From NCBI GenBank assembly GCA_963695345.1, contig OY968769.1, forward strand, positions 1,984,001 through 2,048,000: 64,000 nucleotides of DNA. The letters are read 5' to 3'. Source of the DNA: an uncultured Methanomassiliicoccales archaeon. Its GTDB lineage: Archaea; Thermoplasmatota; Thermoplasmata; Methanomassiliicoccales; UBA472. Of this stretch, positions 10,889 through 23,833 are shown piece after piece. The notes beneath the pieces were generated by a model. It worked only from the letters and a program-made list of their open reading frames with translations. It did not search any database and had not been told where the DNA came from. Numbering within the stretch: position 1 is the first letter of the stretch; every line of letters begins with the position of its first letter. Position numbers and translations under genes: made by a program.

Positions 10889-12155
10889 CACTGTACCTCC
10901 ATTTTTGCCCCGAGCGATACCATGTCGCGTACGAAACCGGGATAGGATATCTTGAAGCAATCGCCATCGCCTATGGAAGTCTCGCCTTCCGCCACCAGGG
11001 CCGCGACCGCCGCCGCCATCAGTATGCGGTGATCGGCCATCGGTTCCACGGCTGCGCCCTTAAGCTGGCACAGTCCCGCGTATCTGGCAGCCGTCCTGTC
11101 TCTCCTCTATCTCGGCGCCCATGTCCTTGAGGAAATTGACGGTGGCGGCGATCCGGTCGCTCTCCTTGTAGCGCACATGCTCCGCGTTGAAGATGGTGGT
11201 CACGCCGCTCGCCTGGGTCGCCACTACGGCGACGATGGGGAACAGGTCCGGGGCATCCGCCAGGTCGATCTCGGTTCCGTGAAGCGGCGCCGAGCTGACG
11301 GTTATGGCGTCCTCCCTTTGGGTCACAGAAGCACCGAACCGCCCGAGTATTTCGACGAAGCTCCGGTCCCCCTGACGGTCCTTGGGGTTCAGGTTGGTGA
11401 CCGTAGCCCTCCCCGCCAGCGCTCCCGCCGCCAGTGGGAAGGCGGCGGAGGAGAAATCTCCCGGGACGATATAGTCCTGGGCCTGGTAGCTCTGCCCGCC
11501 CGGGACATGGAATGAACCGTCCGACTCGGAGCATTCCGCCCCGAAGCGGGACATCATGTCCATGGTGATCTCGACATAGGGTCGGGACTTGAGCTCGGTG
11601 GTGATATGGATGTCGGTGTCGACCTCCTTCAGGGGAGATGACATGAGCAGGGATGAGATGAACTGGGAACTGATATCGCCCGGGATGTGCGTCTCGCTTC
11701 CCGTGTTGGGCCCCCTTACGATCAGCGGGGCCAGCCCATTGCCTCTGGATGAATGGCACTCCACTCCCAGCTCGCGCAGCGCTGAGATGAGCGGTTGCAT
11801 CGGCCGGCGCCTTATGGACTCGTCCCCGGTGAGAACGGTATGGCAGGGCAGGAGCGACGCGATCCCGGCCACGATCCGGATGGTGGTGCCGGAGTTTTCG
11901 GCGTTGATGACGTCGTCAGGGCAGGTCAGGTCGCCCCCTTCGATGATGCACCGTTCCCCCTCGAAACTGACCACGCCCCCCAGTTTCCTGACCGCGTTGA
12001 GGGTGGCCAGCGTATCTCCTCCCAAGCAGCACGTTGTCAAGCCGGGAGGTACCGTTCCCGAGCAGGGCCAGCATCATCGCTCGGTGCGTATAGCTCTTGG
12101 ACGGGGAGGCGGATAGCGTCCCCTCGATCTCCGACCGACTTACCAGTAATCTCAT
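10888..12155 (-). CDS. aroA: EPSP synthase (frameshifts ~12020 and ~11065)
   Basis: SKSYTHRA, ENSGTTIR, RRPM, SSQFISSLL, RYKESDRI, DHRILM. Confidence 0.92.
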
Positions 12156-13012
12156 GCGTTCGCACCGTTGAATATGTCGGTTATTATGAACTCTTTGGTG
12201 GATTTTATGTCAGATAGGAATTTTTCGAGCTTCTCGGAATCGACCAGGATCGCCGTTGCCGGGCCGGTACCGGACAGACCTGCCGATCTCGCGCCCAGCT
12301 CGAGTGCCCTGAAGGACTATGTCCTGGTCTACGCCTCAGGGCCGATGCGTAGCAAATGCCATTGAGCTTCATGGCTCCGAGATAGTCCCCTTCCATCGCC
12401 ATCTGGAAGGCTATCTCGGCCACGTCCGCCACTGCCGATATGCGGGCCCGGGGCAGGCCCGACTTCCTGGTCTGGAAAGGCGGGACATGGATGACCACCT
12501 TCAGATCGGGGTCCATCGGCTCCCGCCTGATCAGTTCGTTCTTCCGATTGTCAGTGACCACCGCCCCGCCCAGCCAGGCGGCGCAGGCGTCATCGAAGGC
12601 CCCGGTGATCGACACCTCGGCGTCGATGGCACACTTGGTGCCCAGGCGTATCGCGTACAACGGTTCGATGCTCTCATCCAACGCGTCCAACGTGGCCATG
12701 ATCACCGCGTTGGCCGCCGCGCTGCTGCTCTTCAGTCCCCGGGACACCGGGATCTGCGACCTGGTGACGATCTTCGCCCCCAAGATTCTCGCCTGGCATC
12801 AGCTTGTCCACCACCGATCGAAAGCAGTTCTCCACCAATCTCGTCGGTTCTCCCGTGAAACCTTCGATGGTCACCTCCACCTCGGGCGACTCATGTATGG
12901 TGACCTCGGCCCATGTCTTCAGATCGATGCCGAACGCCGCTCCCTTGCCGGTGGCGATGGCGTTGACGATGGTGGCCGCCCCGTGGGACACTCCTTTCCC
13001 GACGCGGTTCAT
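12152..13012 (-). CDS. aroK: Archaeal GHMP-family shikimate kinase (several frameshifts)
   Basis: GAATIVNAIATGKGAAFGI, GLKSSSAAANA, SITGAFDDA, GLSGTGPA. Confidence 0.9.
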
Positions 13013-14466
13013 GGGAGGGCCTCCCTGAAGGCCTGCTCCATCACCTCGTATGTTGGAGCCTTGCCCGTCCACAGCTCGAAGGCCTTCAGGGCCTGGTAGA
13101 TCAGCATGTCCTTGCCCGATACGGCATTGGCGCCCTTCTCCGTGGCCACCTCCATAAGCTTGGTCACCGATGGATTGTAGATGGTGTCGAGGACCAGCAT
13201 GTCCTTCTTGATGATCTCGGCGGGCAGGGGGAGCTCGTTCGGGAATCCTTTCATTCCGACCGGCGTGCAGTTGACCACTGCGGCATAATGTCCCTTCGTC
13301 AGGGAATCGAACTCCACCGCGGTGACGTTGTCGAACTTGTCCGCCAGCGAGGCGGCCTTGGTGCTGGTGCGGTTCGTTATCCTGACCTTCGCTCCCGCCT
13401 CACTGAGGTAAGCGCAGACCGCCTTGGATGCGCCTCCCGCGCCCACCACCAGGACCTCCTTGTCCCGGGCATCGAAGTTGGCCAGCTCGAAGGTCTTGGC
13501 CACTCCGTAGAGGTCGGTGTTGCTCCCTATGAGCGTTCCCTTGTCATTGATGATGGTGTTGACCGCGCCCACCTTTATGGCATGCAGGTCCAGACGGTCG
13601 AGCAGCGATATGACCGATTCCTTGTGCGGAATGGTGACGTTCATCCCCCTCATGTCCAGGTCGAGCATCAGCCCGGTGACCTTTTCCAGTTCCACCGGTG
13701 CCGCCGGGAGCTTGAAGTACATGCCGGGAAGGCGGAGCGCCCGGAACGCCGCGTTGTGCATGGCCGGGGATACCGTGTGCTCAAGGGGATATCCGGTTAT
13801 CCCGGTGACGATGGCCTTGTTCCCCAGCCATTTCATCGTCGCCAGGTCGATCTGCCCCGGTGCCGCTTCCTTGCCCGGCTCGAGGGAAACATAGGTCAGG
13901 CTGGCGCCGAAACGGTTGGCGCAAACCCGGGTTATGCTGCCCATCGCGCCCATCCCGATCAGCGCGAACTTCCTCTCCGCCAGCGAGTACAACTTGCCCG
14001 CAGACACCAGGGAGGCCACGTCGGTGATGGTCTCGGCCTTGTAGACCACCTTGGGGGTATCTCCCTTGGCCCCATTGGCGACCAGACGGTCCACCACGGT
14101 CATGAGACGGGGGCTGGCGTCAAAGATATGCGAGGACACGATGATCCGGATGCCGTCCAGGTCCCGGTGGTGAAGGAGCGGGAAATCCTCCTCCACATCG
14201 ATGAAGTCAAATGCGCCGTTGTATGCTTTGACCAGGAACCTCAGTTTATGCTCCTCGCTGCCCTTGTACCTGCCCCCCTGGGCGACGGAGCGGAGAGTGG
14301 CTATCTTCGGTATCTGGAACTCCTTGAAACGGGAGAAATCCTTGGGGAGCTGGGCAAAATGGTCGAACCTGACCTCTATCAGGTCGGCTCCCAGGCCGAC
14401 GGCCCTGCGCGACGCATCTATGGCCTCGTCCAGACCGGTCTCGACGATAGAAACGCAGTGTTGCAT
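13009..14466 (-). CDS. aroDE: Type I 3-dehydroquinase / shikimate dehydrogenase fusion
   Basis: GADLIEVRFD and AAPGQI (AroD). HTVSPAMHN, NVTIPHKE, GAVNT, NTD and GAGGA (AroE). Confidence 0.9.
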   Translation of the reverse strand: MQHCVSIVETGLDEAIDASRRAVGLGADLIEVRFDHFAQLPKDFSRFKEFQIPKIATLRSVAQGGRYKGSEEHKLRFLVKAYNGAFDFIDVEEDFPLLHHRDLDGIRIIVSSHIFDASPRLMTVVDRLVANGAKGDTPKVVYKAETITDVASLVSAGKLYSLAERKFALIGMGAMGSITRVCANRFGASLTYVSLEPGKEAAPGQIDLATMKWLGNKAIVTGITGYPLEHTVSPAMHNAAFRALRLPGMYFKLPAAPVELEKVTGLMLDLDMRGMNVTIPHKESVISLLDRLDLHAIKVGAVNTIINDKGTLIGSNTDLYGVAKTFELANFDARDKEVLVVGAGGASKAVCAYLSEAGAKVRITNRTSTKAASLADKFDNVTAVEFDSLTKGHYAAVVNCTPVGMKGFPNELPLPAEIIKKDMLVLDTIYNPSVTKLMEVATEKGANAVSGKDMLIYQALKAFELWTGKAPTYEVMEQAFREALP

Positions 14467-15503
14467 CATCTCTCCGTTATGGTCTCTTTGATGGCATGTC
14501 CGAAATGCCTTCCGCCCTGTTCCAGGCGAACCAGGACCTCTTGGCCCGGCTTCAACTCCGAGATCGACACTGGCCCGGTCGGCGTGCACAGGCGGATGGT
14601 CTCCGCGTTCTGCAGGATGGTGGTGAACCTCCTGCCCTCGGTCTCGACCTCCAGGAGGAGCAGGGGCCGAACCTCGATCTTGGAGCGTCCGACCACGACC
14701 GAGCGGCTGTTGCCCTCGGTATCGACCGCCATGACCTCCTCGCCGCTGTTCACCTCCGAAAGGTATTTGGTCTTGCCGTCGGAGGTGAGCACGTAGGCGT
14801 GGACCGCCCCAGCGTTCACGCGGAACGGTCTGGCCGCCACATACTCGCTCTCCATCGCTTCCGATTGGATCAGGAAAAGACAGTTCGACTGGGAACCGAC
14901 CAGCATGCCCTCCCCGATCCGGAGCAACGAACAGGTGTCAAGACAGACCCGGTCCCCGACGTTGACCGGCGCTATGCGGGTGACCTTCACCGCTTTGAGG
15001 GATATCTTCGGCCTTTCGGCCTGCGTAAGCTCCTTGAAGTCCTTGATCGTCGAGGCATCCTTCGGTTCGATGACGATCCCGTCGACGCCGACCTCCAAGG
15101 TCTTCGAGAACACCATGGCCTCTTCCGGAGTGGCCGCACCCGCTAGGATCCTGGTCTTGGACTTCTGGAACTCGGCGATCAGGTTCTCCAGGGGGATGAT
15201 CTTCCAATCATTGGCGGCGATCAGCACGTTGGCCACCTTGCCCTTCAAAGCCGAGGCCTTGGCCAGGTCCTCCGGGTGGTCGATGGTCACCATGGCTCCT
15301 ATCCTTTCACCCTCGAGGAACAGGTCGCTGCCGTTCACCTCGATGGCCTCGAAACGGCCCAGGCGCTTCAGCTCCTTGTCCTCTGCCTTGATCATTATCG
15401 TGGAATACCCGGACTCGAGGGCGGTCGATACGATCTTCTTCCGCTCCTCATATGAACCGAGGTGGTCAGACCTGACCCAGACGGTCTTGCCCTTTTCGCT
15501 CAT
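14466..15503 (-). CDS. aroB': 3-dehydroquinate synthase II (archaeal AroB')
   Basis: DWKIIPLENLIA, GDRVCLDTCS, RPFRVNAGAVH, LQNAETIRL, GRHFG. Confidence 0.93.
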   Translation of the reverse strand: MSEKGKTVWVRSDHLGSYEERKKIVSTALESGYSTIMIKAEDKELKRLGRFEAIEVNGSDLFLEGERIGAMVTIDHPEDLAKASALKGKVANVLIAANDWKIIPLENLIAEFQKSKTRILAGAATPEEAMVFSKTLEVGVDGIVIEPKDASTIKDFKELTQAERPKISLKAVKVTRIAPVNVGDRVCLDTCSLLRIGEGMLVGSQSNCLFLIQSEAMESEYVAARPFRVNAGAVHAYVLTSDGKTKYLSEVNSGEEVMAVDTEGNSRSVVVGRSKIEVRPLLLLEVETEGRRFTTILQNAETIRLCTPTGPVSISELKPGQEVLVRLEQGGRHFGHAIKETITER

Positions 15504-15509
15504 CTGGAA

Positions 15510-16301
15510 TCACTTCAACAGCTTGATGGCTTCCTCTACTTCCAGGTCCTCGATGACGATGGCGGAGATCGCCTTTGTGATCCCGGTCACGTTGCGGTGC
15601 TGGAAGATGTTCCTGCCGATCGAGACGCCCTTGCCGCCGGCGTCGACCGAGTCGCGCACCATCTGCAACAGCTTCTCATCCGAGTCGATCTTCGGGCCGC
15701 CTGCGATGACGACCGGCGCCAATGCGCCCCTTACCAGCTCGCGGAAGGAATCGATGTCCCCGGTGTAGTTGGTCTTGACGATATCGGCTCCCATCTCTGC
15801 CGCCGCTCGCGCACAGAGCTTGAGTTTGTCTATGTCATAGGCATCGGCGGCGTCCTTGCCCCGCGGGTAGATCATGCACAGGAGCGGAACGCCCCATTCG
15901 GTGCAGCTTCGGCTCACCTGGCCGAAATCGGACAGCATCTGGTCGTCCCAATCGTTGCCCAGGTTGACATGGATCGAGCATGCGTCCGCCCCCATCTTCA
16001 GCGTCTCCTCGACGGTCGTGACGAGGACCTTCTTGCTCGGGTTCGGACTGAGGTTAGTGGAAGCTGAAAGGTGAACGATGAGTCCGATGTCTCGCCCAAA
16101 GGACCGGTGGCTGTACGGGGGAATGCCTTTGTGCAACACTATGGCGGTCGCCCCTCCCTGTGACACCTTGTCTATCGTGGACTTCATGTCCAGCAGTCCT
16201 TCCATGGGTCCCATCGATATGCCGTGGTCCAACGGGACGATTACGGCGCGGCCGGTCGACCGGTCCATGATGCGCTCCATCCTTACGCTCTTGCCAAGCA
16301 C
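15510..16301 (-). CDS. aroA': 2-amino-3,7-dideoxy-D-threo-hept-6-ulosonate synthase (archaeal AroA')
   Basis: IVPLDHG, GADIVKTNYTG, VVIAGGPK, GRNIFQH, and adjacency to aroB'. GTG start after GGTGA. Confidence 0.9.
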   Translation of the reverse strand: MLGKSVRMERIMDRSTGRAVIVPLDHGISMGPMEGLLDMKSTIDKVSQGGATAIVLHKGIPPYSHRSFGRDIGLIVHLSASTNLSPNPSKKVLVTTVEETLKMGADACSIHVNLGNDWDDQMLSDFGQVSRSCTEWGVPLLCMIYPRGKDAADAYDIDKLKLCARAAAEMGADIVKTNYTGDIDSFRELVRGALAPVVIAGGPKIDSDEKLLQMVRDSVDAGGKGVSIGRNIFQHRNVTGITKAISAIVIEDLEVEEAIKLLK

Positions 16302-16314
16302 TGTATCACCCTTT

Positions 16315-16446
16315 TCCGTGTCAATGTCTAGCATGCTTATGTAAGTTTCGCCATTTACGATGGTTCGAACTGCACTTCATGGCCATACCATCTCTGGTCG
16401 ACATTGAACGGATCCACCTCATCATTGGTTCTTCCTTGCTTATACA
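16315..16446 (-). promoter_or_regulatory. Predicted promoter and structured leader of the aro operon
   Basis: BRE/TATA-like GAAA-TGTATAAG (16450-16439). Inverted repeat 16412-16400 / 16328-16315 encloses two small hairpins. Confidence 0.45.
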
Positions 16447-16520
16447 TTTCCACGGAAGTACGCTGTTCAAAGAGGTCCAATGATAACCAATATTATACAG
16501 TAGGTGATTGTCGTGAGCAT

Positions 16521-17021
16521 ATGTGGAAGCAGATCGCGAACTACTTTGGCCGTTACCCATCGCAGGCGAAGGTGGCAAAGCTGCTGTTGGAAAATGGTAT
16601 GAGGGTGAGCGAAGGCCGGATCTACTGCGGGGACGTAGAGGTGGCGGACGTCGCACTGGGCCGAGCGGCGGGGGTGGACCGTCGGATTGTCCGTTCCGCC
16701 ATCGAGACCATCGAGTCCAGCCCGGAGCTGTCGAAGGTGTTCGCCGCGTTGAGGCCGACCTTGCTCCTCAGGGATGTGGCGCCGGTCATGGGCTGGTCGG
16801 CGATTGAGATAATCCCCAGCAATGCCACCACCACCGGGATCGTCGCCGACGTCACCACGGTCATTTCCAATGCGGGCATCAGCATCAGGCAGGTGCTGGT
16901 CGGCGACCCCGACCTTAGCATCGAGCCAAAATTGTACGTTATCACGCAGAGCCCGGTGCCCTCAGAGCTGATTCCAAGTCTCAAGGCTTGCCGGGGCGTA
17001 AAATCGATCGTCATTTACTGA
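16521..17021 (+). CDS. ACT-domain predicted regulator of amino acid metabolism (COG2150-like)
   Basis: ALGRAAGVDRRIV HTH-like segment and C-terminal ACT (GIVADVTTVISNAGISIRQ). Confidence 0.85.
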   Translation: MWKQIANYFGRYPSQAKVAKLLLENGMRVSEGRIYCGDVEVADVALGRAAGVDRRIVRSAIETIESSPELSKVFAALRPTLLLRDVAPVMGWSAIEIIPSNATTTGIVADVTTVISNAGISIRQVLVGDPDLSIEPKLYVITQSPVPSELIPSLKACRGVKSIVIY

Positions 17022-17026
17022 TCACC

Positions 17027-17929
17027 ATGGTAACCGTCAAAAATGGCTCTCCCGCTCCCTACATCGGAGTGGCCGTCGCTGTCCTCAGCGTATCCTTTGC
17101 CTCGATTTTCATACGCTGGAGCGACTCGCCGCCGGTGGTCATAGCGGCATACCGGATGCTCTTCGCCTCGATCATGCTGCTTCCATTCGCGATCATTCAC
17201 CGGGAGGCGCAATTCCAGCTGCTGGACCGGAAGACGATATCATGGCTGCTGGTCATCGGGTTGATATTGGCATTGCACTTCGCCACCTGGATCACGTCGC
17301 TGGGAATGACATCGGTGGCCAGCTCCACCATTCTGGTCACCGCTCACCCCTTGCTTGTCGGGGCGGTCTCCATTCTACTGTTCAAGGAATCCGGAAAATG
17401 GACCGCGATCGGAGTGGCCATCGGATTCTCCGGCGTCGTCTTCATCTCGTTGTTCTCCCTGCAGGACGGCTCCTGGGACGGTAACCTTCTGGCCCTGATC
17501 GGCGGAGTGTTCGCCGGCATTTATATCCTGGCCGGTCGGGTCCTGAGGAAGAAGGTGAATCTGATCGCCTACGCCTTCATCATCTATCTGACCGCGGCCG
17601 CATTCCTGTTCTTGGCCTGTGTTGTTCTTGGCCAACCGATATGGCCCTACCCGGTCGAGGAGTTCATCCTCTTCCTTCTATTGGCCGGTGTCTCGACCAT
17701 ACTCGGCCATACCCTCTATAACTGGTCCTTGAAGTATGTGACCGCCCCCTTGGTCAGCTCATCTCTGCTGGGGGAACCGATCCTAGCTTCGGTGCTGGCT
17801 ATATTCCTGCTTTCCGAGCTTCCTTCCCCCTACATCTTTGTCGGCGGAGCATTGATCCTCGCCGGCGTGCTGTTCGTGCTCTACGACGAGCTGTCGACCC
17901 GCAGGGTCCGGGATGTTGGTAGGGACTGA
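17027..17929 (+). CDS. EamA/DMT family transporter
   Basis: About 10 TM helices with two EamA repeats (GHTLYNWSL, LGEPILAS). Confidence 0.88.
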   Translation: MVTVKNGSPAPYIGVAVAVLSVSFASIFIRWSDSPPVVIAAYRMLFASIMLLPFAIIHREAQFQLLDRKTISWLLVIGLILALHFATWITSLGMTSVASSTILVTAHPLLVGAVSILLFKESGKWTAIGVAIGFSGVVFISLFSLQDGSWDGNLLALIGGVFAGIYILAGRVLRKKVNLIAYAFIIYLTAAAFLFLACVVLGQPIWPYPVEEFILFLLLAGVSTILGHTLYNWSLKYVTAPLVSSSLLGEPILASVLAIFLLSELPSPYIFVGGALILAGVLFVLYDELSTRRVRDVGRD

Positions 17930-18127
17930 AATCTGGGCTGGGGACCGATCTCATCACCATACCGGACGCTGACAGATGCATGGTCCAAGGATCATGAAAA
18001 ACTAAAAAACTCTGCTGAGAGAGGCCGGGGACCTTTCTCTTGGAAGTGTTGCGTTTCGATCAGGAGGTCGATTCGAAGGCATTTTTGAACGTCTCCAAAG
18101 TTGAGCCTCCCGATCAATTGAAGCTCA

Positions 18128-18487
18128 TTACTGTGCGACCAGCCAATCCATCGCCTCTCCTCTTGAAGGGAAGGAGGCGATATTGCGGCGGGTCTGCATC
18201 GAGACAACGTTCTGCAGGACGGTCTTTGCGCCCTCTACTCCGACCACCGCTGACGCCTTTACATAAGGCGTGTTCTTGGCGGCAAATTCCTTTATTGCCG
18301 CCCCCGTCTCCTGATTGTAAGCGGCTTTGGTGGCATCAGTCATGATGAGAGCGCTGTTTGCTGGCAGTTTCGAAATCTTCGCCTGCGCTTCCTTGAGCGC
18401 GACAACAAGTTGCTCGGTGGTGCTATTCGACAGATCAACCAAGACTATGCTTTTTCCCTTGTATGACACCATTTCGAAGGATTTCAT
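18128..18487 (-). CDS. Hypothetical protein, SpoIIAA/STAS-like
   Basis: 119 aa ORF with YKGKSIVLVDLS...VKASAVVG...FPSRGEAMDWL pattern. Confidence 0.65.
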   Translation of the reverse strand: MKSFEMVSYKGKSIVLVDLSNSTTEQLVVALKEAQAKISKLPANSALIMTDATKAAYNQETGAAIKEFAAKNTPYVKASAVVGVEGAKTVLQNVVSMQTRRNIASFPSRGEAMDWLVAQ

Positions 18488-18617
18488 GTAATTCCAACCG
18501 GCGACCGATGGTTCGCCTTTCCTTCTATTACGAATCTTCGTTTAATGACTTCGCCGTCGATGACGGCATTTGATATTAGTGATTCGAACTGCCCATCGAC
18601 GGGACAATGGCACGATC

Positions 18618-21826
<3,209 letters not shown>

Positions 21827-21830
<4 letters not shown>

Positions 21831-22910
21831 TTCCTGACCTCCATCATCTTGCCGAACTCGTCGAACAGGAACCCGGTGTCCCTCGGTCCGGGGCACGCCT
21901 CCGGATGGTATTGGGCGGAGAAGATCGGAAGTTCCGTGTGCCTCATGCCCTCCACGGTGCCATCGTTGACGTTGGTCTGTTCGACCACCAGGCCGCTGCC
22001 GTCGATCGACTCCGGGTCGACCGCGTATCCGTGGTTCTGTGAGGTGATGAACACCCGGTTGCGGTACTTCACCGGCTGGTTCGCGCCGCGGTGACCGAAC
22101 TTCATCTTGTAGGTGGAGCCGCCGAACGCCAGCCCGAGCAGCTGGTTTCCCATGCAGATGCCCATTATCGGGTAGTCGTCCTTGATATCCCGTATGGTCT
22201 GGATGGTCGTGCTCTTCAGTTCCGGATGGGAGGGGTCCCCCGGTCCGTTGGAGATCATCACACCGTCGATGTGATGGTCGCGGAAGAACTTCTTCGGCGT
22301 GTCATAGGGAAGTTGGTAGACGTTGAACCGCTTGTGCAGCTCCCGAACAATGTTGGCTTTGACGCCGCAGTCGAACAGGGCGACGGTCTTGGCCGCATCC
22401 GCGTTCTTATGAAAAATGACCTCCTTCGTGCTGGCCAATCCGACCAGGTTGTCGTCCGATGGGTAGGCCATGGTGCGCAGCTTCTTGACGACCTCTTCCG
22501 GGTCCTCATCGTATACGATGGCACCGCGGAGCGTACCCCTCTCCCTGTATCTTGATAATTATCGACCGGGTGTCGAGGTCGGATATCCCAGGGACGTTCT
22601 CGTTCTTGAGATAGGAGCCTAAGGTCTTCCCTCCGTACATTTCGGACGGTTCGGTACTGTTCTGCCTGACCGCGAATCCTCGGACCTGTACCTTTCCCGA
22701 TTCAACATCATGGGGGTTGACCCCGTAGTTGCCGATAAGTGGATAGGACATTATCAGGATCTGTCCCATGTAGGAAGGGTCGGTCAAGCTTTCCTGATAT
22801 CCGGTCATTCCGGTGTTGAAAACGACCTCGCCAAAAGCGGTCTTACCGGAACCAAAACCAGTGCCTTCCATTACCGTTCCATCTTCGAGTACAAGGAAGC
22901 ACTTTGCCAT
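21827..22910 (-). CDS. carA: Carbamoyl-phosphate synthase small subunit (frameshift ~22548)
   Basis: GEVVFNTGMTGYQE, SNGPGDP, GICMG, FGHRGANQP, QYHPEA. Confidence 0.95.
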
Positions 22911-23118
22911 TAAGAATCGATGGTATAGTTAGGGGGTACTTAACTTTTTTTGAGCCATCCCCTACATATGGCAGAGGAGTTTGTCCATCGTTGGACATAA
23001 CGCTGCAAATGGCTGCTGCCTGATGCATGCGGTTATGGAATGGTGAGTAAAGGCGATATTTCGGGAATGGTGAGCAAACAATTATTACAAAGTTTACTGA
23101 CTAGGAGCGGAGGGGAAT

Positions 23119-23760
23119 TTGGCAGATAGATGCATGATTTGTGGCAGTGGCGGTGTGTTCGCGAATTTCTACCAATGTGGACTGTGCGGGGGCAAGATCT
23201 GCTTCTATCATCCAGAACAGCTCAAGGATTGCCAAATCAATCTTCGACCAGAACTGGTCTCTTACATCTACGCCTATGATCAAGGATCAGCGGAGGGATT
23301 AGCCTTACGTAGAAAATTGAGCTCCACCGGCAACAGCAGTTTTGCCTTCGTCTGCCTGCATTGCAGATCCTGGGTAAATGGATGGAGCAAGGCCCAATAT
23401 GAGAACGAGAAGTTTATCGAACGTCAAAGATCGATCGACCTTGCCAAGAAATTCGAGATGGCGGGCCGATATGAGGATGCGGCCAGGCAATACGAGAGCG
23501 CTGATATGTGGAAAGAGGCGGGCGAAGTACGCCGCCAGAGCAATACCACGATTGTGAAGAATGTGTCCGTCAACCTGAACGAACTAATGGCAGATCTGAG
23601 AAGGGGAGGTCTTGCCCTGAACTATAAATGCCATAACTGTGGTGGCACGCTCACAATAGATGGAAAAGCTGCCCAGACAAACATGGCATTCTGTCCTTAT
23701 TGTGGGTCGAAGATTGATACAGAAACCTTGGCTAGTCTCCTCAAGACCGCGCTGGGATGA
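23119..23760 (+). CDS. Cys-rich protein: AN1-like zinc finger, TPR-like helix pair, C-terminal zinc ribbon
   Basis: CMIC..CGLC.ICFYH, AKKFEMAGRYEDAARQYE, CHNCGG..CPYCG. Confidence 0.7.
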   Translation: MADRCMICGSGGVFANFYQCGLCGGKICFYHPEQLKDCQINLRPELVSYIYAYDQGSAEGLALRRKLSSTGNSSFAFVCLHCRSWVNGWSKAQYENEKFIERQRSIDLAKKFEMAGRYEDAARQYESADMWKEAGEVRRQSNTTIVKNVSVNLNELMADLRRGGLALNYKCHNCGGTLTIDGKAAQTNMAFCPYCGSKIDTETLASLLKTALG

Positions 23761-23833
23761 TATAGTCAAGGGTTTGAATCCCATTGTTCCTCTGCCCAAT
23801 GCTATAATATTGTTTGATCCTTAACTGGAACAG

